Source: Lepidodermella squamata
Taxonomy: Eukaryota; Animalia; Gastrotricha
NCBI GenBank assembly: GCA_047495785.1
Contig: JBLDXI010000010.1
Span: forward strand, 1,860,001 to 1,924,000
Direction: 5' to 3'
DNA: 64,000 bases
Positions 10,832 to 23,008 of the stretch are shown here, piece after piece; the stretch's first letter is position 1, and each line of letters starts with the position of its first letter. A program made the translations under genes and the position numbers. Below the pieces are notes generated by a model, which was not told the DNA's origin, did no database searches, and saw only the letters and a program-made list of their open reading frames with translations.

Positions 10832-11877
10832 CCGTCATTTGGGGCAAAATGAACCTTTGGGGCTAATTGGCCAAAAATTGAGGTTTTCACATTTTTATCG
10901 ATAGCTCAAAAACTACAAGATAAAACTTCACAAAAATTTACGGGGACGATTATCAACAAGCCCTTTACAAGCCTGTAAATTTTCAGCCAGGTATGTCCCG
11001 AAATGAGGTCACAGCATGTTGTTGTTTAAAGGTGAGTTTGGGGAGGTAAAAACGACTCCTCTAAATTGAATTACCTGGAGCCAATCACGAGGTTTGATGT
11101 TCAGATGAAATTTTTTCCTTCGACCATTTTCGTCGTAGATGACAGCAAAAAAAACCGCGACCCCAGGCGATGCACAGGTATGGCTAGGTGATTGTGGCCA
11201 AATTACCCCATGGAAAACTCAATGATGGGGGCTAATTGGCCACCCTTATCCTTATAATGGGTTTTTAATATTTGATGATTGTGAGGGTTGAATGGTCGAG
11301 TGGTTGTGATGCGTCATCAGAGCTTGCGAGTGATCTGATGGGCGACGGTTCGAATCCTCATAAAGTAGCATTTTTTTTGCTGCGCATTTAATTTTTTAAT
11401 TTTTTCTGTTAATTTTCCATTTTAATTATTCTACTAACACCACGTATCCCGGGCATTTCTTTTGTTCGGGAGGCGTTTAAAAGTTGCTCAGCAGTAAAAC
11501 TATCAGAAAAAACGGAGAAACTAATTAAAAATTATTAGTAAAATGGACAATTGAAACCAAAAAATTAAAAATTAAATGCGTAGCAAAAAAAATGCTACTT
11601 TATGAGGATTCGAACCGTCGCTCATCAGATCACTCGCAAGCTCTGATGACGCATCACAACCACTCGACCATTCAACCCTCACAATCATCAAATATTAAAA
11701 ACCCATTATAAGGATAAGGGTGGCCAATTAGCCCCAAAACACCTGTCCAATTTGCCCCAAACCTGGGGCAAAATGAGCTTCCTATAAAATCGGAATCAGG
11801 ACCCTCTGAAACGTGTAAAAATGCGAAAAAAACAGGGGGTCATTTTTTTCCCGCGGCCATTTTGCCCCAATTTACGG
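10832..11877. mobile_element. TA-flanked MITE (family B) with an internal ~175-bp inverted repeat containing tRNA-like A/B boxes
   Basis: TA|CCGTCATTTGGGGCAAAATG ... CATTTTGCCCCAATTTACGG|TA; internal arms at ~11228-11405 and ~11558-11735. Confidence 0.85.
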
Positions 11878-13400
11878 TACTCTAAATCGTATTGGAAACG
11901 TTTTTTTGAGCCATTCAAAACGTGCGGGTCGTTTTCATCCATGAATGGCCGTAGGTCCGAGTTTCTAGTTCTCGCCGCTTTGGTGAAGCTGCCGCCGTTG
12001 AAAATATCGAAGAAACGATTCAAAGTCTTCATCATAAAGGCAGGCCATGGCAGTCGCATTTTTCTTCTCATTGGCCGGCGCGTAGTAAATGACGCCACGA
12101 GCCATTGAGTCGGACAAAACTTGTACGGTGTAGGTCCTCATCTTCTGCGGGGCTCGCTTGTTTCGCCGAATCGTATGAATGTGATGAGCCTTAATTTTTC
12201 GGATCATGCGAAATTCCGCCTCGATGTCCGAGTCGTAGGCATGTTAGACTAGCGCCCATTTCCATTCTGCACCGCCAGGAATGTTGAAGCCGTCTTGAAT
12301 TAGGCCGTTGCGGACACACTGTGACAAAAATACGAATAATATAAAATTCAACTAAATTTTGTGAAAGCTATAATTAGTGAAAAATACCTTGAATAGATGA
12401 GGAATATCGAAAACCACGAGAACCTCTTTGCCAGGCATTGACGGATGTGGAAATCGTAGCTTTTTGTCGAAACGATTTTGTCCACGATTGGCCAATTTAT
12501 GAAGTCCCCATCCATGATTAAGGAAACAACTTGAACGCCAATATCAGCCAGCCGACGAACAGACTCAAATATTGCGTCTCGCAAAATAATTTGCTGAAGC
12601 GTTGATTGTTATTTAGCAGGGCAATTAGCGACATTCACGATTAGGCTGTTGGCAGCGAATCTTACAACAAAACTCAACACTTCTGTAGCCATTGCCCGTT
12701 GAGCTTCTTCCGCGGTTTCAATTGTTCTATCGGGAGGGAGCGGGACATCCATTGCTCTACCAACAATGAGACCAGCCGAGTTGTTCTTGATGACTATAGG
12801 ACTAGACGATACGAGGATTTCATCCATCAACAGAAACCCATGGCGATAATCGACATCGGGGTTCTGTTCCATCTGGCCTTTAAGCAGGGCGTAGGCTGAA
12901 TCCGATGGACCACCGTCGTACTCGATCGGTATTAACCTCCGTAGCGTTGATACATGAGGTAAAGGAGCAATTGACCATTTTCCCGCAAGAACTCGTAGGC
13001 TGAATCACTCCGAAGATGAAGGGATAGAGAAAATCGATGTAATAATGCGCAGTAACGTCGCCCATTGGTTGGCGTCAACTTAAGCTCTTCTTGTTCTCGA
13101 AGAATTTCGGTTCGTTCGGCTTCGGTCAGCAAACTTTCAGGCGATAGAATTTTTTGATTAGAAGGTGTTCGCCAGGTGGAATCGCCTCCGTTTCGGCGTT
13201 CGATTCTGCAACAGCGTCATGCTCTCTGACAACATAGCCGCCACCAGATGCCGATATTTTTGGTTCTTTAGGGCATTTTTAATAACCACTGTTAGCCCTC
13301 GATCAGGTCTTAGTAAACGGTGTAGTCGAACTCGATTGTTAGCCAGTTTTTGCCTTGCTCTCTTCAGCTTATCCTGCAGAGTCTCTACCTTCTCTTCGGA
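11878..13400 (-). pseudogene. P-element/THAP9-family transposase, N-terminal and catalytic part (degenerate)
   Basis: GRRY..LHRFSLSLHLRSDSAYEFLR..LPHVSTLRR; LLMDE (first catalytic D); SLIMDGDFIN (second D); FDIPHLFK/CVRNGL (D(2)H motif, across a short GT-AG intron at ~12321-12387); QKMRTYTVQVLSDSMA; NRFFDIFNG. Several stops and frameshifts. Confidence 0.88.
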
Positions 13401-14026
13401 TTCTCGCAGCTTTTAACAAGGGAAAGCTATAACGAGGGCTGTAATTGAATGCAGAAGCTAAAAATAGACCGTTTCTACGCCTTAAGACAGTTGGCATGCC
13501 AACGCGCAGAAAGAGACGGACACGGATTACGCTCGCTGAAGGCTGTGAAACAATAACACTATGAATCATAAGTTCGGCGCCAAGTTTTTATTCTTATTTG
13601 CCAAGGCGGTTTTGATTTGACTGGTTGGCCTTGTGTTTTTACTCTGATTTTAAGTCCTGCCTGGGGTTAACGAACTCAGTAACTGAACGAATAAAAAAAA
13701 AGCTGATATCTCATTATTTCAATTTAATTCAAAAATACCCAGCTCGTCCGATTTCGCAAACAAATTCATTTGAAATCACAGCTTAAAAAATCAATCACCT
13801 TGGTCAAGATGTACCAGAATGATTCTGAATTAATCAACGGCAAATTCAGCCAAACGTGGAATTATTTAAAAAATAATATGAAGTTTGAAAGAATTAGGAT
13901 CAAAAATGTATTTTCGATAATTTTTTCGTGGTTAACATGACTTTTTCTTTTTTAAATTCATCATGTCACTGAGCAATTTCAAGGCATTAGACGTGTGGTT
14001 CCGTCGAGAGGGAGCGATTCGATAGG

Positions 14027-14052
14027 TGTTTATTTATTTATTTATTTATTAC
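14027..14052. repeat. (TTTA)n microsatellite
   Basis: tttatttatttatttatttatt. Confidence 0.7.
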
Positions 14053-15203
14053 GAGCATATGTCCCAAAGTTGAGAGCTCAACAACAAAAGATGTCATACC
14101 GCATACAAAAGTAACAAAAAATCAGGTCCAATCAGTCCATTTCAAAGTCCGCAGGTTCCGATTGTTCCGATTGAATGGAATAAATGTGTATCTTCTCAGG
14201 CGTGATTTCGTTTTCATTCGACTGGCCTGTTAAGATCAGAGCAAGGTAACAAATCGGGCAGAAGCTCCCGCCGCCCCTCCTCGGGATGTTGCGATTTTCA
14301 AAGTAAAAATCGAATGATTAAAAGTTGTGAAAAAATCCGTAAAATTGCCAAGGCGTTGAGCAATGAAATCGTAGAGTAGTGGCAGCCAGTTTCATGTTAG
14401 ATCAGGCCTATCGACTATCGAAATCGACTTATAATTCCGATAACTCAGGTCTAATTTTATGAGAATAAGTCCATGTATCGAAATTAAAATAAATCTTAAA
14501 ACAAGGACGTGATTCTTCATGATTACGCAACACAGCCGGGAACAAAATTGGGAAAAACTGAAGTTTCAGTTTCCTTAAAAAACACGATTTAGGTATATCC
14601 TAATTTGATCATGCTAATAATGCTGGTAAATTTGAAGAGATTTTCTGGCCGGGAATAAGCTAAAAAATGAAAAATCAGGGCAATTCAGATGAGTCTTTTT
14701 GTTCAGATTCAGATTCATGATTCAGATCAGCAATTGACCTGAGGAAAAATCTGCAAATCAAGGAGATAGAAGATTGACGGGCATTTTTAAAGTTATTGAA
14801 ATGAATTGCTGATTTTGTCTGATAAACTGGCGTAATTTCTTATGGAAAAGTTTAACTAAAAAAGCAAGACGAGTCGCAGCACGACCAGAGTGGCAGCTAA
14901 TCCACACACTCTGTTGCATAATCGAAGTCATTTCAAAACCACAAGAACATCCAAATGCACTGATAATCTTTCAACTCGTTTGAACTAAACTTGAAATAAC
15001 TGGATCTCTCAAAACCACGACAACGCGCCGCTAGGCGCTAGGTTTCTAGGAACGCTTTATTATTTTAATTTTTCACGCTTAATTTTTTTAATCTATCAAA
15101 AAATTATTATTTGTTTAATTAAAAATTTACAACTAATTTATTTAGCAGGGTCCAAAATTACGGTCTACAAACGAGGGAGTTCTTTTAAGGAGGGTGCCAT
15201 TAA

Positions 15204-15980
15204 CCCTTTCATGGCGGAATTATTTATCTGCGGGAGAAAAAATATTTGACGGCAGTTGTAGAGGTTCTAAAGGGCCCTGATCACGATTTTGAAACCCGTT
15301 TATCTCAATCTATCACCGTTAATGCTGTACAAAAACTGGCCGAAATTGTCCTATCCGCCCAGCTGATTTCAGCAGATTTTTCGAACACCCTAATTTCTGC
15401 GTCAGGTGCCTCCAGCTTTGGAATTTTAGATTATAAATTACTCCCATGAATGTCTCCAAAATTCTCCCTCACTTAAATCGCCGAAAACATTCAGTTTAAA
15501 AAAGTTTCAGAGGCTCAGCATTCAGATCTGAATTCAGTTTTCCAGTTTTTGCTCGCGACAGTTTTTGCAGCACAAAAACCACGCACTCCGCCTGTATAAG
15601 TCCTGGCGGATAGGACGATTTCGGCCGGTTTGATTAAATCTCAATAGCGTCGTAATTTTTAATTTCCAACTCGAAAAAATTTACACAGAGGTCGATGAGA
15701 CTATGGCGGACACGGTGGTGTTTTTTGTTGGATCAAAAAATGATCAGAAACCTATGAGATTTCAAGTTGAAAAAAATCGAAATTTCAATCTCAGGTTGAC
15801 TATTTTCAAATTGCTTGTATGTCCTGACAATGCAAGATAACGGCGACCTGGTCTCAAAACCTTGTAGCCAACATCGAAAAGCAATATTCCTGAAAAGGGC
15901 GATCAAAAATTCATCGAATTCAATTTTCTGTGAATTTTCAAAGTCGAAATTCCGAAATCGTCCTTCCCGCCGTGAAAGGG
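15204..15980. mobile_element. piggyBac-type MITE (family C) copy 1
   Basis: TTAA|CCCTTTCATGGCGG ... CCGCCGTGAAAGGG|TTAA. Confidence 0.88.
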
Positions 15981-17620
15981 TTAACGAGGGAGCACTGTAT
16001 ACTGTTTCAAAATTAAATACCAAATCGTTAATTTTAGGTCATATAGCACGCAGCAATATTCAAAAATCGGGCAGAAGCTCCCGCTGCCCCTCCTCGGGAT
16101 GCTGAAGTTTTCCAAGTCAAGTTCATTAATAATTAAAAACTCCAACAATCTGAAAATCTATAAACGTGGGGATGATTAAAAAAAATCGAGATCAAAATAC
16201 TGTTTCAGTAAAATTTAGGCCAGGATTGTCAGTCGAATCAGAAATTGTCGTTTCATCAAAAAATATTGCCACTTAAAATTTATTCAATTAATATCCTGTA
16301 AGTAAAATTATCAAAATAGGTATTAAAAATAGTTAATTTTCGGCACCAGGCACACAATCAAAAAAGGCTCACTTGAAAGTGGGAATTTTTCGGCTCTGCA
16401 AACTTGGCCCATCGACATCCATTTGTTCCGCCGAAGAGTTGATGTCGCTCTCCATCGAATCACCTCAATCGAACTCGCCTTGCCAAGACTCAAAGCCATA
16501 GCCTCAGTCTCGTTACTAACCGCCGAATTTGTGGGAACATCGAAATCCGATCCAGCCCCATTCGTCGCCGAGCTAATCGACAGCCTTGAGCTTTTTGACG
16601 GCATGCCTCTTTGGACGCCTACCAATTCGCCTACGTAGGGAATTAATTTTAATACGGCCGAAGGGCATAATAAGGGAAGCTAAGGGTTATCTAACAACCT
16701 TAAAAAAACTGCTGACCTGAGCTTTCCGAATATGTATTTAGATTTAGAATAAATTGAGTCTAACAAGGTGAAAACCGCTGCAGTTTACCTGCGACCGGTC
16801 ATTTTCTAGTCCGTAATGGCGTGTGGCTGAAAAATGGTGATTTTATTTGATAAACAATTTTTGCCTCGATCGTAAATTATCGATTTTCGTGTTTGCGTTA
16901 ACAGCATTTTCCTTGAGTGGAGTCTCCATAACGTCATTCCTCTCAAGGCCTCTGCGGGACGACGTGGAAAGCGTCCACACCTCCTCGCCACCCCTGAAAT
17001 CCCCTGTGACTCTGCTGGCTTCTCGGCTGCCACCGGGCCCGCTCACTGCACTCCTTTAATCCTGTCATGTCTTGTTAGCTCTTCTGTTCCGTGTCACATA
17101 TGCGTGGTTTGTTTCACCCCCGCGCCTGTCCGTATCCTGTTCACCAGCTAGTTGCTTCTCGCGTGTGCCTTTTACCTGTAACTGTTTGCTCGCCTTTCTT
17201 TATGTGTTCGCCATTTCAGCGTGCGATAATTACTCCCCTGTACGATAAATTCATGCGTGTGCCCCCCCCTTCGTGTATTCGGCGCACTGTCTCCGACAAG
17301 CGCCACTTACTAGACTGCTCGAGCATTGAATTTTCCTCGTTTTTATTGTTTTTATTTTGCTGTTAATGGATGTTCAAGGACAAATTAAAAGGTTTTTCGT
17401 TCTATAGCAATTTTTGTATTTCCGACTCTTTAAGCTAAAATGGTACGAGAAAAGAGAATAAAGGTTCGATGAAACCAGCTGAGTCCAAGTTTCAAATGGA
17501 AGCACAGACATAGAATAGCAAGTTATATACAGGCCGATAAAGCAACACTGCCTTTGCTTTCCCTGAGGAAAAAAAACAACGGCATAACAAATCAGAAGAG
17601 TCAACACTGCCTGCAAAAGT

Positions 17621-18385
17621 CTAGTCGAATCCAGGCTCAATAGCTAAAAGGCTATAAGTCCCCTGAGCGGCCGCTGCTGTTTCGTTGAGCAACCAACCGA
17701 CTCTGTCGCAGCCGTCCAAAGCAAGCATCCAGAATGTATCTTTAATAAAAGCTTCTTCGTCGACGAAGGGGAAGCGTTCTCCTTTTGGGATCGAGTCTCC
17801 ATTACTTCTATAAACTTCCAGGCATGGCCTGCTAACGACATAGTAGGGAATGCCGGCAAGGTTGTTCCTAGCCAGCGAGTTTTCAATGTAGGTTTAAATT
17901 ATTCCAATACACTCTTGGCTTGCTTGCATTTTTTCTGCAGGGCTCAGACGACTGTAGGGCTTTCCATAGAGGTGACTCGCATGATTTTTGAGGTCGACGT
18001 CGAACATGGTCCGAGCAAAACGAACAGGTACTCCGAACCTGACCGCCAGTCTCGCCCAAGCAAAGTCATTCTCGAGCTCTCGATTTGCCATTACAACCAC
18101 GATGCCTTGCATACAATGAAGGAAATATTTTTTGAAATTGGCCTCACTGGGTTCCACGCCAATCTCCCATAGCCGAGTGGAGGGAAATAACCGGTTCGTG
18201 AATTGCTGGACTTCATGCTGTCCTCCAATGACATCAGCCAGATCGTCTCTGCCGACCATGGCCTCGATGATGCTTGATTTGCCATTGCCTGCATCACCCA
18301 CAAATGCGAGATTCGAGTTGCAAATGAAATTGACACCGTGACCAATTCGTTTTGCATTATTGATATCGTAAATTGGCAGGGCCAT
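17621..18385 (-). pseudogene. IRG-like P-loop GTPase paralog with one in-frame TAA (17894-17896)
   Basis: G1 GDAGNGKS, degenerate G3 (LWEIG), G4-like RTMFDVDL. Past the TAA the same frame continues TYIENSLARNNLAGIPYYVVSRPCL...FPFVDEEAFI, matching the neighbour's VPFFVVSAPAL...LPFADEKKLM, up to TAG at 17621. Confidence 0.78.
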
Positions 18386-18619
18386 ATTTACAATCAAAAT
18401 GCCGATTTAATGAATCTAAAAGGATAATATTAAAATTGTCTTCAGTAATTGTACATTTTACTGCCTATCGGATTGGATAATTTCTACATAGCTCTTATAA
18501 AATAAAATTTACTGATTTTGGGATATAAGGGTGAACTGAACAGTCAAGTATACAATCAAGCAAGCTCTACGTTATGAGCTGAAATGTTTCTTCAGGAAGT
18601 GCTGGCTTTTTTCGATTTT

Positions 18620-19648
18620 CTAAATTTGCGCGAGTGCTGCCATCAACTTCTTCTCGTCCGCAAATGGCAATTCACCATGTTTCTCCATGCCTCCACGTCT
18701 CCATGCCATGAGCGCCGGGGCACTTACAACAAAGAAAGGAACTGCTGCAATTAAACCGGCCCTATCAAGTTCAGCTGTCATGTATGCTGTTATTTTGTCC
18801 TTGCATCGTTTCGATAGCTCAGACTTTTCGTCTGCGGTTAAACCAGTGTAAGACGCAAAGGGTCCCTTCATTTTCTCGGTTTCGCAGTCCAGGCTAAAGT
18901 CGAATCGAGTTCGAACCAACATTACCGGAATTTGCAAGCTATTCGCTCTTCTAGCCAGATCGATGTCTTGTTTCTCCAAGCGTTGCCCGACGACGATGAC
19001 CACACGATTAAGCTTGGGAGTTTGTGCAATGATCTTGTCGAAATATTCAGTAGCATTTGGGTTAATGTATGTTCCGAAACCAAGTGTATCGACAATGTTA
19101 ACTGTTCCAGTTCCTAATCGACCGTGGAAACAATCCATTCCAACATCAGCTTTGCCAACGATTCCAACATGGGCCTCGTGCCGTCCAAGTAACGCATTTA
19201 TTAGGGTAGATTTTCCCTGTCCAGTTTTCCCCATGAAAAGCACTTTACTTTCCTCTCGGAAGTGTAGTGACGAGGTTTTAGCACGTGGATTCCAAGAGAG
19301 AAGTAATTCCATCAATTCCCGTTGGTAAATTGACTGATCCAAAATAGCTTCGTCAGGATTTTCGCCAATTGATGCGGACATTTCTTTCCTGGCTCTTTCG
19401 CTAAGCCGTCCCAATATACGCTCCTTGAACTTTTCAAAAGCGCCGTCAATGATTTCACGATAATCAAAGGATTCCATCGGAAAAATCGGAAAAGTCGGAA
19501 AAGTAACCTCATTTTTGACGCCGTACACATCAATTAGGTAAAAGCCGTCGTCTCTCTCAACAGGGTTCTCGAGCCAGTCATAGCCGAGTATAGAGTCGTT
19601 CTCGCGCTCACAGTCGAGTGCAAGGGTCCTTTCAATTGATCGGATCAT
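18620..19648 (-). CDS. IRG/IIGP-like P-loop GTPase (342 aa)
   Basis: G1 GKTGQGKS, G3 DTLG, G4-like VRTRFD, FFVVS (IRG G5-like), N-terminal helical extension; intronless. Confidence 0.8.
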   Translation of the reverse strand: MIRSIERTLALDCERENDSILGYDWLENPVERDDGFYLIDVYGVKNEVTFPTFPIFPMESFDYREIIDGAFEKFKERILGRLSERARKEMSASIGENPDEAILDQSIYQRELMELLLSWNPRAKTSSLHFREESKVLFMGKTGQGKSTLINALLGRHEAHVGIVGKADVGMDCFHGRLGTGTVNIVDTLGFGTYINPNATEYFDKIIAQTPKLNRVVIVVGQRLEKQDIDLARRANSLQIPVMLVRTRFDFSLDCETEKMKGPFASYTGLTADEKSELSKRCKDKITAYMTAELDRAGLIAAVPFFVVSAPALMAWRRGGMEKHGELPFADEKKLMAALAQI

Positions 19649-19806
19649 TATTATACTGAGCTCAAATAAATTATCTATATAAAAAAATATTAGAAGCTTC
19701 CAGGTATCACGGTTAGAGATCCAGAGAGATCACAAAGATGACTAAAGATCTCCCTTTAGAGGTCAGGCGACGCGGCGACCGGACTTGACGAAAATTCAAA
19801 ATTTAA

Positions 19807-20972
19807 CCCTTTCACGGCGGGGAGGACGATTTCGGAATTTCCCAAAAAATTGATTTTGATGAATTCTTAATCGCCCTTTTGAGGAATATAGCTTTTCGAA
19901 GTTAGCTAAAAAACCAGGACGCCATAATCTCGCATAGTCAGGAAATACTAGAAATTTGAAAATAGTAAGCCTGAGATTGAAATATCGAATTCTTTAAACT
20001 TGAAATTTCATATGTTTCTGATCCTTTATTGATCAAACAAAAAATACCACTGTGACTACGCTATTGAAATTCAATCAAACCGGCGGAATTAGTCCTATCC
20101 CGCCAGACTTATACCGTCAGTTGGGGCTATCCGGACGGCGAATACGATTTTTTTGCATTTTTACACGTTTCAGAAGGTCCTGATTCCAATGGAACCAGGA
20201 TTCCGAATAGCCCCACGGATGGGGCTATTCGGACAGGTGTGGGGCTATTAATGAAAGCAGGGTTCGAGTCCACGCCGCGGAGCAATTTTTTTCCGCAAAA
20301 TTTTTAGCATATGCAGTTCATTAGCATATTGAAATGGCAGACCGAATAGCCCCACAACATCATTTTTTCGTGGGGCTAAAAGGACGCAATTAATTAAACT
20401 TACACCTGAAAGGTAAGCCCATATCTTCACAACCACTTACTGTCAGGTCATGAAATTTTTACGGTATGTGGGTCGTCTTTTCACCTAACTCCGTGCAAAA
20501 TTTCATTGCCAACGGCCGAGTAGTTTTTGAGCCATGCTCATTCTCCTGTTTGCATGAACATTCGTCCGAATAGCCCCAATGACCCAGATTACCCCAAATG
20601 ACGGTAATGGCGGAGTGCATTATTTTTGCTGCAAAAAATTTCGCGGGGAAAAGCTGAATTCAGATCTGAATGCTGAGCCTCTTCAACTTTTTTAAACTGA
20701 ATGTTTTCGGTGGATCTTGGGGACATTCATGGAAGTAATTTGGAATCTAAAGTTCCAAAACTGATGTCACTTGACATAGAAATTAGGGTGCTCAAAAAAT
20801 CGCCTGAAATCAGATGGGCGGATAGGACGATTTAGGCCAGTTTTTTGTACAGCCTTAACGGTGATTGATAAAGACAAACAGATTTCAAAATCGTGATCAG
20901 GGCCTTCGAAAACCCCTTTAACTGTCGTAAAATATTTTTGTCCCGCAGATAAATAATTACGCCATGAAAAGG
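19807..20972. mobile_element. piggyBac-type MITE (family C) copy 2, inverted relative to copy 1, with a nested insertion
   Basis: TTAA|CCCTTTCACGGCGG ... CGCCATGAAAAGG|TTAA; the interior is reverse-complement-similar to 15204..15980. Confidence 0.85.
20114..20604. mobile_element. TA-flanked MITE related to family B, nested in family C copy 2
   Basis: TA|CCGTCAGTTGGGGCTAT ... TTACCCCAAATGACGG|TA; contains a GGTTCGAGTCC B-box at ~20261; absent from copy 1 at the equivalent TA. Confidence 0.8.
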
Positions 20973-21071
20973 TTAACGTCAACTAGCTTGCGGAAAGAAA
21001 TGGTAAAACTAATGTAATAACAGTAAAAAAGGATTATAATAATAAGTTGTAAAAGTAAGTTGAATGAATAG

Positions 21072-21384
21072 CCGTTAACAAGTGAAAAGTAGGGTTTGTT
21101 GTAATTTCTGTATTTTCCAGCAAATGCAAAAACTGTGCAAGCTGACTTGAAGAGAGACGATTCCTTACTTCGTTTTTCTTCGAATTTTCGAGGATTTCGA
21201 ATTTTTCAAATAAGACCTCTTAGAGGCTCCCATCCACATCAAAAGACGTGAGACCTCAAATTATCACTGAAATGGCTTATCGATCTAGGTTTACGCGCAA
21301 GCATCATCTTGATTCCATCAACATTTTGAATCTCACAAAATCTCATGATTTCAACAATTCTTACCACTTTTCACTTGCTAACGG
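21072..21384. mobile_element. Putative MITE with ~20-bp inverted termini
   Basis: CCGTTAACAAGTGAAAAGT ... ACTTTTCACTTGCTAACGG; no clear TSD. Confidence 0.45.
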
Positions 21385-21828
21385 TCAAGTGTAATAAAGA
21401 TGCTATTTTGATGTTTACTCATGGTTATACGGATTCGTGGCAATGAATTTTACTACAGTCTGCGACGATGAAAAAATAATAAAAATTAAGCAAGCCTAGA
21501 GGTTCCTTCTGCCGCGCTGCCAATATGTAAGATGAATAAGCAACCCCTCTTAGCTTATCTTCATCGCCAAAATATATAAACACCTAGATGTGGTGGGTGC
21601 TATTAAAAAAATTCGTATTTTGATACTGCATGTGCGCATCAGGATTAATCTTTGAACGCACAATTCCGCTGATACCTATTACGCAGGTGTGGGATGCAAT
21701 ATTTCTATTACACTTCGGCGCTACGAGGAAGATTGATCCTCTAAAAACCGCATATTAAAAACACCGAGCGCTATTGGAAATTCATTGAACGTCGTCACCT
21801 TACAGAAAACGAAAAAAATCAAAGGAAT

Positions 21829-22750
21829 TTATTTGTTCAAGCACGCAGCCGCGCCAGCAGCAGTACCACCGTGGCCGCAAACTTGCCTGCCGACTCGGCA
21901 AACACAACGCCAAGTGCACCCCTTTCGACAACCACAGACGTAGGTATCTTCAAGCCGCAGCTTCAGCATGGTCAGGCGCCTGCTGTCGGCCTCGTCATCG
22001 CTAGAACCTTCGATGATTGCCCGTCTTCGTTTCGTCGACACCATCTTCTCCTTGGGTTTCTTCTTTTCGCCCCTGGCAGCTGTTTCGTCATTTGCTGACG
22101 TCTTACCTCATTTCAGACGGCCGTATGCCGTAACAGTTCGAGCAGAGCCGTAGTAAGAGTGATGTCCTTGTCGGGAACCTCAAAAGGAGCCGTGGCGCCA
22201 TTCAGCAGCTTATTTTGTTCCATTCGGAATTTCGTCTTCAGGGCAGCCGAGTCGCCCTCCACCTCGACCACCTTAGCGATAAGGCTACTCACAGAGATAT
22301 TCAAGCGATCGGGCTTCGCAATGGGCAGCAAACAATAGTCGCCTATCTTGATGATTCGATGGATAGATGTCAGCTTGTTTCGCGCCATCGGCTAAGTACC
22401 TCCTGTAGTCGGGCAATCGGGCCCTAATTTGTTCGACTGTAAACCCCAGCTCGAAATTAAGAAAGGCCACGACGCTGAGGCTGCATTGATTAAAAGGGTT
22501 GTACAATACGTTCCCAATGAAAAGTCAGTTCTATTCGCTGATTCTACTGCTTCTTGCGACTTGCTGAATACTTCTCTCACCTTGATTGTTACCTCCTCAA
22601 GTGCAAGCGTTACTGTTACCGGTCGCCGGTCGCGGTTGTCCTGCATCGCTGCTAAACAGCTATGAGAAAGTATTTCGATTTGGCTAAAGAAAAACTTCAA
22701 TTCCAGCCGAATGCTTTGCTTTTGTTACCGATATGAGTGATGCCGAACAC
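21829..22750 (-). pseudogene. KRBA2/SCAND3-like integrase-derived transposase remnant
   Basis: Fragments IGDYCLLPIAKPDRLNISVSSLIAKVVEV..LKTKF and C-terminal CGCRKGCTWRCVCRVGRQVC, resembling the C-terminal module of this integrase family; frameshifted. Confidence 0.6.
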
Positions 22751-23008
22751 AACGTTCTAGAAACCGTTTTCTCCCTCGCCAAACTAATTTTATTGCATTT
22801 TTTATGTTCTCCAGGCCATATGAAGGTGGCTCATAGATCGTGATAACAAGATTGATAACAAGACTGATGACTGATACATGTTAATATATTCGCAGAACCC
22901 ATTTGTGACTACGAATTTCTATGCCGATAGTATTAGTAAATTATGGATGCATTCACCGAACATGCATTGGAGCATGCAAAAATGATTCTGTTTTGAAAAG
23001 CTTCGAGA

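Noticed and set aside
11283-11365. Functional tRNA gene (and its mirror at ~11598-11680)
   Set aside because: A/B boxes are present but the acceptor and T stems do not pair; it lies inside a MITE.
15246-16105. Short ORFs with matching peptides at 15246 and 20767
   Set aside because: The similarity comes from two copies of a non-coding piggyBac MITE.
13400-16640. THAP domain or TIRs for the P-element
   Set aside because: I could not find a C2CH/AVP motif or matching termini with an 8-bp TSD.
16843-17312. LTR-retrotransposon PBS (TGGCGC on the minus strand at ~17304) plus a gag-like start
   Set aside because: No adjacent LTR end, only short ORFs, and no recognisable gag/pol motifs.
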